This document shows positions 48,915-58,188 of a DNA stretch of 64,000 nucleotides, one piece after another. Position 1 is the first letter of the stretch, and each line of letters starts with the position of its first letter. A model generated the notes under the pieces. It did not search any database and was not told the origin of the DNA. It saw only the letters and a list, made by a program, of their open reading frames with translations. Location: contig JAHJTN010000009.1 in NCBI GenBank assembly GCA_018829465.1, positions 40,557 through 104,556 of the forward strand, read 5' to 3'. A program made the translations under genes and the position numbers. This DNA is from Bacteroidota bacterium (GTDB lineage Bacteria > Bacteroidota > Bacteroidia > Flavobacteriales > Flavobacteriaceae).

Positions 48915-49665
48915 ATTTTGCAGGTCCTTTTAGATAGATGTGCTCATAGCAATCGCCTTTAGGCTCGAAATGCACTGACAATTGGCCTCCGGGTGTATCA
49001 AGTATAATTTCATTTTTTTGGGTTTTTCCCGATGCATGAGCTGCCAAAGCCACAGCCGTCACACCTGTGCCGCATGATAAGGTTTCGTTTTCCACCCCGC
49101 GTTCATATGTTCTGACGGCAAATACATTTGAGCCCTTTTGCTCAACAAAATTTACATTGGTGCCGCATTCGCCATAAGGAGCGCCATATCTAATCTTTTT
49201 ACCGTTGCCAAATACATCGTAATGCTCCAATCCTTCTACAAAACTTACATGATGTGGCGATCCTGTATCCAAATATATATACGTGTTACATTTTTTAATA
49301 TCGGAAACGTCTTGCATTTTCAATGAAACCGTTTCGTCGTTGATGTATGCTTCATGCAAACCATCTATCGCGCTGAAAGTAGCCTTGTTTGAAATGATAC
49401 CCAACTTATGCGCAAACCTTACAAGGCATCTTCCACCATTGCCACACATACTGCTCTGTCTGCCATCGGCATTGAAATAAACCATACAGAAATCTGCAAC
49501 TTTGTCATTTTCAAGAAGTATTAAACCATCTGCGCCTATGCCAAATTTTCGGTCACAAATGCCGGCAATAAGTTTGGTATCTTTTTTGTTGAAAGACAAA
49601 TCGCGATTGTCAATCATAACAAAATCATTTCCGGTACCTTGGTATTTGTAGAAGGTAATACGCAT
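48874..49665 (-). CDS. dapF: Diaminopimelate epimerase
   Basis: The ORF extends to 49737, but the ATG at 49665 (MRITFYKYQGTGNDF) matches the canonical DapF N-terminus. Catalytic Cys blocks SMCGNGGRC and LSCGTG. Confidence 0.92.
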   Translation of the reverse strand: MRITFYKYQGTGNDFVMIDNRDLSFNKKDTKLIAGICDRKFGIGADGLILLENDKVADFCMVYFNADGRQSSMCGNGGRCLVRFAHKLGIISNKATFSAIDGLHEAYINDETVSLKMQDVSDIKKCNTYIYLDTGSPHHVSFVEGLEHYDVFGNGKKIRYGAPYGECGTNVNFVEQKGSNVFAVRTYERGVENETLSCGTGVTAVALAAHASGKTQKNEIILDTPGGQLSVHFEPKGDCYEHIYLKGPAKFVFKGEYDTDTSK

Positions 49666-49811
49666 TTTATAGTGTGATTTCTCGACAAAGGTACATATTT
49701 TATAAAGTAATTTTATTCGAATGAATGCGTTAAACACAAGTTAAAGCACTTGACAATTACTTTTTTTAACAACTAACTTTACATTAAATATTAATACAAA
49801 AACACAAAACT

Positions 49812-51245
49812 ATGAAAAGGTTATTGAGTTTATTATTAGTTTCCATTTTAGGTGGCGCCATCACCTTAGGCGCTTACAAGTTATATTTTGAAAAACCGGT
49901 AGAGAATCCGAATGTGCTTCTGACAGGATACAGCCCGAATACAGTCAAAACAAATTTGGTGTCCACGGCCAACAGCGGTGAAGCCTTGCCCAACGTAGAT
50001 TTAACTGCGGCTGCGGAAAGTACAATAAATACAGTTGTTCACGTAAAAAATACGGCTGTCGCTAAATCCTCATCGAGCAGTTTGTTGGAATTTTTGTACG
50101 GATTTGGCGGCGCACAAGAGCGCGAACGCATCGGTACCGGATCGGGTGTTATCATTTCGCCGGATGGTTATATAGTGACCAACAATCACGTCATACAGGA
50201 TGCTAAAGAAATCAGTATCACACTGAATGACAACCGAGAATTTAAGGCCAAACTCATAGGTTCCGATTTAAACACAGATATCGCACTTATCAAAATAGAA
50301 GCAGGAAGCAACTTGCCCTACATTACTTTTGCAGATTCTGACAACACCCGCATAGGCGAGTGGGTTTTGGCAGTTGGCAACCCATACAACCTAAATTCTA
50401 CCGTAACAGCCGGAATTATCAGCGCAAAAGCGCGCAGCTTGGGCGATCAAACCACCATTCAGTCTTTTATTCAGACAGATGCCGCTGTAAATCCGGGAAA
50501 TAGTGGCGGTGCTTTGGTAAATACCCGTGGAGAACTTATCGGTATCAATACGGCTATCACTTCGCAGACAGGTTCTTACATAGGATATTCTTTTGCGGTT
50601 CCGAGTAACATTGCCCGTAAAGTGGTTGAAGATTTAATAGAATTCGGCAACGTGCAAAGAGCCATCTTGGGTGTCACAGGAGGTGAAGTCAATAGTAAAG
50701 TAGCCGAACAATACGGCTTAAATGAAACAGAAGGATTCTATGTAGATTCCGTAGAGCCGGGGTCCGGCGCACAGAAAGCCGGTTTGCTAACCGGAGATGT
50801 CATCGTTAAGCTCGATGAAATAAAAATATCCAAATTTGCCGACCTTTCGGGTTACCTCAATACCAAAAGACCCAACGATATTGTGACAGTTACCATCGAT
50901 AGAAAAGGAAGTTTAAAAAAATTACCTGTCACCTTGTCCAAAAACGAATTGGTTAGGTACAATCTTTTCGGATTGGAACTCAAAAATTTGAATCCTGACG
51001 ATTTCAAATCCGGTAAAATCAAAGTGAAAGAAGGCGTTTTGGTCGGTAAGGTAAACAGACCCGATCTCTTGCAATACGGTGCAATCGCACCCGGATACAT
51101 CATCACCGCAGTTAATGGTCAAAAAGTGGCAAATGTGGAAGATATTTCCAAAATCGTTGAAAATGTCAATCCAAACGAACCTGTAGTGCTGGAGCTTTTA
51201 AACCTGAATGGCGTCGTGGAAAAATTGCGTTTTTACAACAAATAA
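49812..51245 (+). CDS. HtrA/DegP/DegQ-family periplasmic serine endopeptidase with two PDZ domains
   Basis: 477 aa. Catalytic triad blocks TNNHV, DIALIK and GNSGGAL. Confidence 0.92.
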   Translation: MKRLLSLLLVSILGGAITLGAYKLYFEKPVENPNVLLTGYSPNTVKTNLVSTANSGEALPNVDLTAAAESTINTVVHVKNTAVAKSSSSSLLEFLYGFGGAQERERIGTGSGVIISPDGYIVTNNHVIQDAKEISITLNDNREFKAKLIGSDLNTDIALIKIEAGSNLPYITFADSDNTRIGEWVLAVGNPYNLNSTVTAGIISAKARSLGDQTTIQSFIQTDAAVNPGNSGGALVNTRGELIGINTAITSQTGSYIGYSFAVPSNIARKVVEDLIEFGNVQRAILGVTGGEVNSKVAEQYGLNETEGFYVDSVEPGSGAQKAGLLTGDVIVKLDEIKISKFADLSGYLNTKRPNDIVTVTIDRKGSLKKLPVTLSKNELVRYNLFGLELKNLNPDDFKSGKIKVKEGVLVGKVNRPDLLQYGAIAPGYIITAVNGQKVANVEDISKIVENVNPNEPVVLELLNLNGVVEKLRFYNK

Positions 51246-51271
51246 TTAATTAGAACAATTTTTTGATTTAG

Positions 51272-51310
51272 CCCTGCAAAAATGTTAATTTGCAGGGTTA
51301 TTATTTTTAT
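51272..51310 (+). terminator. Intrinsic terminator
   Basis: CCCTGCAAA-aatgttaa-TTTGCAGGG (9-bp perfect stem) followed by ttattattttt. Confidence 0.8.
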
Positions 51311-51312
51311 AA

Positions 51313-54228
51313 ATGGACGCACAAAAACTCGAAACACTTCAGCGTAAAATCAAAGGGACTTTACATACCGACCATTTGACGCGCGTCCTCTATGCTACAG
51401 ATGCCTCTGTATATCGCAAGATACCGGATATGGTCTGTTATCCAAAAAATTTTACAGACATCAAACACATCATTGAGTTTGCGCATTTAGAGAAAACCCC
51501 AATCATTCCCAGAACGGCGGGTACCTCATTGGCAGGTCAATGTGTAGGTGGTGGCATCGTGGTGGATGTTTCCAAAAATTTAAACAAAATAGGCAAACTC
51601 GATCTTGAAAAAAAGACAGTGACCGTCCAGCCTGGTGTGATTCGCGATGCACTCAACGATTTCCTCCGACCACACGGTTTGTTCTTCGGTCCCAACACTT
51701 CTACATCCAACCGCTGTATGATAGGCGGGATGGTAGGCAACAACTCCTCCGGAACCACTTCCATAAAATACGGCGTTACCAGAGATAAAGTTTTAAAAAT
51801 AAAGGGGTTTATGCCAAACGGTTCGTCCATGACCTTTGAACCCTTAACCAAAGAAGCATTTTTTCAAAAAGCCAAATTGAAAACCCAAGAAGGCCTGCTC
51901 TATCAGACCATTTACACCTTACTTTCAGACAAAGACAATCAAAATGAAATAGCAACCCATTTTCCCGATCCTGCCATCCACAGAAGAAACACGGGTTATG
52001 CTATAGATGCACTGCTTCAAAATGAGGTTTTTACAGAATCCGATGCACTTTTCAACTTCTCCAAACTCCTTGCAGGTAGCGAAGGAACACTTTTTTTCTC
52101 TACAGAAATCACCCTTCAACTAGATGAACTGCCACCCGCGGAAGGCGTAATGGTTGCGGCGCATTTTCAAAGTATTGCCGACTGTATGAAAGCAGTTGTC
52201 CTGGTAATGAAACACGAACTGTACTCCTGTGAAATGCTGGACAAAGTGATATTGGACTGTACAAAAAACAACCGGGAACAACTCAAAAACAGGTTTTTTA
52301 TAGAAGGCGATCCCGAAGCCATATTGATGCTGGAACTCAGAGCGGATAATGCCAAAACACTACATCAAAAAACCAAAATTCTTTTAGAATCGATTAACCA
52401 AAGCGGCTTATCCTATGCCAATCCCGTTTTGCAAGGTGGCGAAATCAAACAAGCAGAAGAGTTGCGAAAAGCCGGGCTTGGATTATTGGGTAATATGGTT
52501 GGCGACAAAAAAGCGGTTGCTTGTATTGAAGACACTGCTGTCAATGTGACAGATTTGCCCGAATACATCGATGCGTTTTCTAAAATTATGGAGTCATATG
52601 GCCAAGATGCGGTTTACTATGCACATGCCGGCGCCGGCGAACTTCACCTGAGGCCGATTCTGAACTTAAAAGTCAAAAAAGATGTAGCACATTTTAAGCA
52701 AATTACCGCAGAGGTTGCAGCACTTGTGAAGAGGTTTAAAGGTTCTTTTAGTGGAGAACACGGCGATGGTATAGTACGTTCTTCTTTTATTCCGATGATG
52801 GTAGGAGAGAAAAATTACGAAATTTTTAAAGCCATAAAGAAAACATTTGATCCGCAAAATCTTTTTAATCCGGGAAAGATTGTCGATGCCTCGCCGATGG
52901 ATCAGAATTTGCGTTACCAACCCGATAGAACTGAGCCCAACATAAAAACCTTGATGGATTTTTCCGACTCGGGAGGCATTTTAAGAGTAGCAGAAAAATG
53001 TAACGGTTCCGGTGATTGTAGGAAATTGCCCGAGAGCGGTGGGACCATGTGCCCGAGTTATCACGCCACACGCATGGAAAAAGACACCACACGGGCCCGT
53101 GCAAATGCCCTCCGCGAATATTTGACACAAAGCGTATTGCCCAACCGCTTTGACAGAGAAGAACTCAAAGAAGTTTTTGATTTGTGCCTGAGTTGTAAAG
53201 CTTGCGCCAGCGAATGTCCATCAAATGTAGATGTAGCCGCTTTGAAAGCAGAATTTTTATATCAATATCAACAAGCAAACGGCATCTCATGGCAGACCAA
53301 AGCATTTGCCTATAGCACAGCCATCAACAAATGGGGGTATCGCTTCCGTTTGCTGACCAATTTTTTATACAGCAACGGCGCCACATCCAGAATTATAAAA
53401 AAAGCTTCATGTATATCCAAACATCGAAGTTTACCCAAACTTTCCCGAAGGAGATTGGCTTCACATATTAGAAGATACCGGAAAAAGCCTATACAGGGAA
53501 ATGAAAGAAAAGTACTGTTTTTTGTAGATGAATTTACAGATTATTTGGATGCGTCTGTGGGTGTTGATGCCATAGAACTCTTACGCGGGCTGGGTTACAA
53601 TATTCAATTTGTACGCCACTCCGAAAGCGGTCGTGCTTTTATTTCTAAAGGTTTGCTCGACAACGCTAAGAAAATCGTAAATAGAAACGTAAAAATTTTT
53701 AGTAAAATAGTTTCAGAGAAAACTCCACTACTAGGAGTTGAGCCCTCGGCAATTCTCACTTTTAGAGACGAGTATCTTCGTTTGGCTGACGACCAAGAAG
53801 CCGCCAAAGCTTTGGCTAGACACGTTTATTTGATAGAGGAATTTCTGCAAGCAGAAATGAAAGCAGGCCATATCAAGCCAGAGCAGTTTACCGATGTTTC
53901 GCAAGTGATTAAAATTCACGGGCACTGCCATCAAAAAGCCCTTTCAGGTATTGAGCCTACTTTTTATGTGCTCAATTTCCCGAAAAATTTCTCGGTGACC
54001 ATTATTCCTTCGGGTTGCTGTGGCATGGCCGGTTCTTTTGGCTATGAAGAGGAGCATTTTGAAATCAGTATGCGCATCGGGGAGCAAACCTTGTTTCCTG
54101 CCGTTAGAAAAAGTCCGTCCACCACCATCATTGCAGCTTCCGGTACCAGCTGCCGCCATCAGATTTTTGATGGAACCGCGCGCGAGGCCTTGCATCCGGT
54201 AACTATCCTTCGAAACGCATTAATTTGA
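51313..54228 (+). CDS. FAD-linked oxidase fused to Fe-S/CCG domains (YdiJ-like 2-hydroxyacid dehydrogenase family)
   Basis: 971 aa. FAD_binding_4 N-terminus. Cys clusters CNGSGDC..CPS and CLSCKACASECPS. C-terminal GCCGMAG. Confidence 0.8.
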   Translation: MDAQKLETLQRKIKGTLHTDHLTRVLYATDASVYRKIPDMVCYPKNFTDIKHIIEFAHLEKTPIIPRTAGTSLAGQCVGGGIVVDVSKNLNKIGKLDLEKKTVTVQPGVIRDALNDFLRPHGLFFGPNTSTSNRCMIGGMVGNNSSGTTSIKYGVTRDKVLKIKGFMPNGSSMTFEPLTKEAFFQKAKLKTQEGLLYQTIYTLLSDKDNQNEIATHFPDPAIHRRNTGYAIDALLQNEVFTESDALFNFSKLLAGSEGTLFFSTEITLQLDELPPAEGVMVAAHFQSIADCMKAVVLVMKHELYSCEMLDKVILDCTKNNREQLKNRFFIEGDPEAILMLELRADNAKTLHQKTKILLESINQSGLSYANPVLQGGEIKQAEELRKAGLGLLGNMVGDKKAVACIEDTAVNVTDLPEYIDAFSKIMESYGQDAVYYAHAGAGELHLRPILNLKVKKDVAHFKQITAEVAALVKRFKGSFSGEHGDGIVRSSFIPMMVGEKNYEIFKAIKKTFDPQNLFNPGKIVDASPMDQNLRYQPDRTEPNIKTLMDFSDSGGILRVAEKCNGSGDCRKLPESGGTMCPSYHATRMEKDTTRARANALREYLTQSVLPNRFDREELKEVFDLCLSCKACASECPSNVDVAALKAEFLYQYQQANGISWQTKAFAYSTAINKWGYRFRLLTNFLYSNGATSRIIKKASCISKHRSLPKLSRRRLASHIRRYRKKPIQGNERKVLFFVDEFTDYLDASVGVDAIELLRGLGYNIQFVRHSESGRAFISKGLLDNAKKIVNRNVKIFSKIVSEKTPLLGVEPSAILTFRDEYLRLADDQEAAKALARHVYLIEEFLQAEMKAGHIKPEQFTDVSQVIKIHGHCHQKALSGIEPTFYVLNFPKNFSVTIIPSGCCGMAGSFGYEEEHFEISMRIGEQTLFPAVRKSPSTTIIAASGTSCRHQIFDGTAREALHPVTILRNALI

Positions 54229-54288
54229 TATAAACTCGCTTAAAGGGAGGAAAACAAATCTCATGGGCGTTTCATTTTAAAAAAAAAA

Positions 54289-54312
54289 CCGCCCCGGATT
54301 GCTCCGGGACGG
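54289..54312 (-). terminator. Intrinsic terminator of the GH3 gene (T10 tract on the - strand)
   Basis: CCGCCCCGGA-ttgc-TCCGGGACGG (one mismatch), preceded on the + strand by A10. Confidence 0.75.
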
Positions 54313-54333
54313 CTGACAAAAATCGAGTGTAAT

Positions 54334-56652
54334 TTATTTTTTGGCGATTTCTTTTATCTCAACTTTTGGGGACAAAAGTTTTTTTGTTTTGAAAATAATT
54401 TTCTTCTCAAGTGCTATTTCCGTCTGCAAGCGGATGGTTTTTGAATCGCTGCTAATCAAAATTTGGTAATTGCCCGCGTCCCTTGCCCAAGCTGATTTTG
54501 AAGTGTCATAAGAACCTAAATCAGCCGCGGATATTGTCACAGACACTGTGGTGGATTCCCCCGGTTGCAAAAGTTTTGTCTTGGCAAATCCTTTGAGTTC
54601 CTTGGCCGGTTTTTCGAGTTGGCCCTTAGGTGCGGAAACGTAGAGTTGGGCTACCTCTTTTCCCGCTGTTTTTCCCGCATTTTTAATCTGGAAAGTGACG
54701 GTGATCCCTTCTCCGTTTCGCGATACTTTCAAATCAGTATATTCGAAAGCCGTGTAAGACAAGCCAAAGCCGAAAGGGAATGAAGTGGGCACGTCAAAAG
54801 TGTCATAATAGCGGTATCCAACATAGATGCCTTCCTGATAGATTTCCTCGGAAGGAATTCCCGCCAACGGGTTTTGGGATTTGGGTGCGTTGGGGTCTGT
54901 GATCGTACCGGGAAAATTATTGAAAGAACTGACATCGCTCAGGTTTACCGGAAAACTGGAAGCCAATTTTCCTGACGGGCTCACTTTGCCCGATACGATA
55001 TCGGCAATCGTATTTCCGGCTTCTTGCCCGCCTTGCCAAGCGAGCAAAATGGCATCGGCACCGTTTTTCCAACTGGCAGTTTCGAGTACGCCCCCAACGT
55101 TTAGGATGACAATCAATTTTTTCCCTTTTGCATGAAATGCTTCCGAGATGTGTTTTATCAGGTTGTGCTCCGTTTCCGTAAGATTAAAATCTTCTTTTTT
55201 GCGATCGAAAAACTCGCCTGAGGTCCTGGCCAAGGTCAAAACAGCAACGTCATTCTCATTCGCCAATTCGGTTAATTCCGCAGCTTCAAAACCTTTTTCC
55301 GGCACCAACACATCCGGTTCAAAGAAGAACCGTTTTTGCGGAATTTCTGCTTTTCCTTTTTGAATATAGGGTTTGTAGGCATCGGCAAGTCTTTCTGAAA
55401 CTGCCAATCCTGCATTTCGAAAACCTTCTTCAATGCTCACCATGTAAGCTTTGTTCACATCACCGCTACCGGTTCCCCCCGCGATGGTTTCATAGGAAGC
55501 CACACCAAAGAGTGCCACTTTTGCATTCCCGGATATCGGCAAAGCTTGCTCGTTTTTAAGGAGTACCATGCTCTCGGCAGCGGCTTGCTTTGCAATTGCC
55601 CGGTTCGTTTCAAAATCGGGGAGGTTGGTGGCAGGCTCGTTTTTGAACGCAGGCGTTTTGAGGTATTGAATGAGAATTTTTTTGATGTTCCGGTCGAGTA
55701 TTTTTTTACTGAGCTTACCGGTTTTTACCGCGGAGATAATGGCATCTGCTTGTTGGGTTGTCCCGGGCATAAGCAAGTCGTTCCCGGCTTTCATCTGTGC
55801 AACGGGGTCTTTGCCGCCAAACCAGTCGGTCATCACAAACCCTTCGTATTTCCACTCGTTGCGAAGGATCCCGGTCAGTAAATCTTCGTTTTCGGATGCA
55901 TAGGTTCCGTTGATTTTGTTGTAAGACGACATCACAGACCACGGATGGCTTTCTTTGACAGCAATTTCAAATCCTTTGAGATAAATTTCCCGCAGGGCCC
56001 GTTCGCTCACCACGGTGTTTAACGCGGTGCGGTTGGTTTCAGAATTGTTGGCGACAAAGTGTTTGATGGTCGCGCCGACACCTTCCGATTGAACGCCTTG
56101 CACGAAGGCAGCCGCCAGTTTCCCGGACAAAACCGGGTCTTCGGAATAGTATTCAAAGTTTCTTCCTCCAAGTGGGTTGCGGTGAATGTTGAGTGCCGGG
56201 GCCAACAAGAAGTCCACACCATAAGCTTTCGTTTCATTGCCAAATGCATGGCCGACTTTTTTGACCAGTTCTACATCCCAGGAAGATGCCAAAGCCGATG
56301 CAATTGGGAATGCGGTGGCGTAGAAACTTTTTCCCGGTTGGTCTTTCCGTTGCGCATCGATGCGGATACCGGCCGGGCCGTCTGCAAAAACGACAACGGG
56401 CAGGTCAAACTTTTTCAGGATATAGCTGGTGCCTGCCGCCCCGGGAACTTTGCCCTGGGTACTGCCGACTATGGCTTCGGGGGCATTGCCCGCTTGTATC
56501 AAACCGGGAATGTTCATGCCGGCACCGATGACTAAGTAAGCTTTTTCTTCGACGCTGAGTTTTTTGATGAACTGATCGACATTGCCTATGGGCGTTTGTT
56601 GCGCAAAAAGAGCGGCGTTGACAAACAACAGCAGGGATAAGAGTTTTTTCAT
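54334..56652 (-). CDS. bglX: GH3 beta-glucosidase
   Basis: 772 aa with a signal peptide. GH3 blocks incl. nucleophile region GFVMTDW. C-terminal fibronectin-like domain. Confidence 0.9.
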   Translation of the reverse strand: MKKLLSLLLFVNAALFAQQTPIGNVDQFIKKLSVEEKAYLVIGAGMNIPGLIQAGNAPEAIVGSTQGKVPGAAGTSYILKKFDLPVVVFADGPAGIRIDAQRKDQPGKSFYATAFPIASALASSWDVELVKKVGHAFGNETKAYGVDFLLAPALNIHRNPLGGRNFEYYSEDPVLSGKLAAAFVQGVQSEGVGATIKHFVANNSETNRTALNTVVSERALREIYLKGFEIAVKESHPWSVMSSYNKINGTYASENEDLLTGILRNEWKYEGFVMTDWFGGKDPVAQMKAGNDLLMPGTTQQADAIISAVKTGKLSKKILDRNIKKILIQYLKTPAFKNEPATNLPDFETNRAIAKQAAAESMVLLKNEQALPISGNAKVALFGVASYETIAGGTGSGDVNKAYMVSIEEGFRNAGLAVSERLADAYKPYIQKGKAEIPQKRFFFEPDVLVPEKGFEAAELTELANENDVAVLTLARTSGEFFDRKKEDFNLTETEHNLIKHISEAFHAKGKKLIVILNVGGVLETASWKNGADAILLAWQGGQEAGNTIADIVSGKVSPSGKLASSFPVNLSDVSSFNNFPGTITDPNAPKSQNPLAGIPSEEIYQEGIYVGYRYYDTFDVPTSFPFGFGLSYTAFEYTDLKVSRNGEGITVTFQIKNAGKTAGKEVAQLYVSAPKGQLEKPAKELKGFAKTKLLQPGESTTVSVTISAADLGSYDTSKSAWARDAGNYQILISSDSKTIRLQTEIALEKKIIFKTKKLLSPKVEIKEIAKK

Positions 56653-56779
56653 GGAGTTTGGATTTGTGAGTTTTCACAAATTTCCGCAAACGTTGTAGTT
56701 CTGCAATTGACAATTGTCAAAAAATGCACGCCGGAAAAATAATCAAATCACCCGATGGATGAACGCTAAAACAATTCGG

Positions 56780-57514
56780 CTATTTAGGTGCTTTCAAAAA
56801 TGAATCCATCAGTAAATAGCGGTCGCGGTGCGACTCTTTTTCTGCATGCGTATCCACATCAATTTTTAAGAATATCGCATCTGTGTTGCTTTCCACTTCA
56901 GGCCAATTGGGCAGTCCCAATCCATTCGGGTTGCCGTTTTTGATGAAATTTAAAAAATAAGCCTGCATAATTTCCGAAACTTTGTAATCTTCCGGCTGCC
57001 AGTCATAAACCCGGTTTGTCGGCAGGTTCCCCATTGCATATTCTATTTCGGCAGAGTGGGCGGCACCTACCACTTCGGGTTCTTGTTTTATTTCACCATC
57101 TTCCTGTTTAATGACACCTCCCGCCAATCCTGCAACGGCATTTCCCATTTCTGCGCGCATTTGCGGCCTCGGGCGTGCATAAAAATAGCGGTACACGGGT
57201 TGGTTGCTTGTTTGGCTTTGGATGTCTATCCATCTCCAAGTGCCAAAAGATATAAACCGGTCACTTGCCAAGTCTGTCGCTACTTGTTTGACTTCTCCGT
57301 CATGGGCCGGATTATAGACTTTAAGCACGGCATCGGCCTGATTGCCATAAAGTTTTTGGACGGTTTGCCGATAATTTTCCAACGTGGGCGCTTGTCCCTG
57401 TAGGAGCGCCTGATAAGGCATTTCGGCAGAATTCCACCCCGCCAACAACGGGATATAATCGGCAAAACCAAAAATGCAATTTTTGCTAACAAGTCTACCT
57501 CTATAATCACACAT
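56780..57514 (-). pseudogene. Carboxylesterase type B (para-nitrobenzyl-esterase-like), 3' fragment only
   Basis: The 244-aa ORF starts right after a TGA. Homology begins around ..FADYIPLLAGWNSAEM (the vPlliG.n.dEg block, ~residue 300 of ~500-aa enzymes). The GESAG nucleophile half is absent. Confidence 0.65.
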
Positions 57515-57763
57515 TCAAATTAAACCCCTGCCTCTCCCCATTCAATAACTTCACAGTACTCTCAATATTGTTGTCATACACATGGACATTGCCTAAAAAC
57601 AACGTTATAGACCTCAGCGGCAGTTCTATCTGCCTGCTTATAAGGTACAAGTGGTATATGTCAGATGGCAAGCCTAAATTAGCGTCCGAGCTTCGCCTTT
57701 TTTGTTGTGCTGTAAGCTACCGTGTTCCAAGATATTCGTAAGCGTTTTGTGATATTTATTCAT
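57507..57763 (-). pseudogene. Thymidylate-synthase-fold gene remnant (N-terminal ~20 codons joined out of frame to the C-terminal ~60 codons; 3' end also missing)
   Basis: Frame a: MNKYHKTLTNILEHG (compare ThyA MKQYLELMQKVLDEG). Frame b: RRSSDANLGLPSDIYHLYLI..LGNVHVYDNNIESTVKLL..GFNLNV* (compare [44 protein letters not shown]). Confidence 0.6.
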
Positions 57764-58000
57764 AATTAGCGTCTGCGGGATAGCCGCCAATCGCTCACTA
57801 TAGCCGTCATAGTCGTTATATACGACCCTCGCATCCGGATGACGAGCCTTGACCGTATGGCTCAGAAGCCCCGAGCCGCCGAACAAATCTACATACACAG
57901 CATTGGGCGGATAGCCCTTCAGGGCTTCCTCAAAATGCCTTACAAAAAACCGCTTTTGCCCTTGAAAGGGAAGCGGTGCCGTTTTCCATCTTTTTTTCAT
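57764..58000 (-). pseudogene. Dam-like (D12-class) N6-adenine DNA methyltransferase, 5' fragment (~79 codons)
   Basis: PFQGQKRFF..YVDLFGGSGLL..VVYNDYD matches the YxGxK, FxGxG and ND blocks. The DPPY half is absent. The ORF reads straight into the ThyA-like start. Confidence 0.5.
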
Positions 58001-58188
58001 TTTATTTCAGTTGTTTTATTAATTTTGTCCGACCACACCTAAAAACAGAATGAGCCTACAAGTACAGAAGATATAGTCCTCCGTAGCTTGTAGGCTCTTG
58101 TTTAAATAGGTGTGGTAACTTTTTTAAAGCGGAGGACTTTTTTTTTCCGGTGCCCTCCAAAACCGGTTTTTTAAACAGCGTTTAAACG

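Noticed and set aside
54264-54274. GGGCGTTTCAT, identical to the right arm of the 91-bp repeat, near the terminator downstream of the FAD/Fe-S oxidoreductase gene
   Set aside because: This is only an 11-nt match with no flanking similarity to the repeat. It is compatible with chance in about 128 kb of two-strand sequence.
56059-56535. 158-aa + strand ORF (and neighbours at 55546-55881 and 56286-56531) inside the GH3 gene
   Set aside because: These are shadow ORFs opposite a relatively G+C-rich, strongly supported GH3 CDS. No recognisable domains.
57674-58000. 108-aa ORF taken at face value as a small intact gene
   Set aside because: The translation is a chimera: a Dam-like methylase N-terminus reads straight into a ThyA-like N-terminus and then hits a stop. 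I treat it as fused pseudogene fragments.
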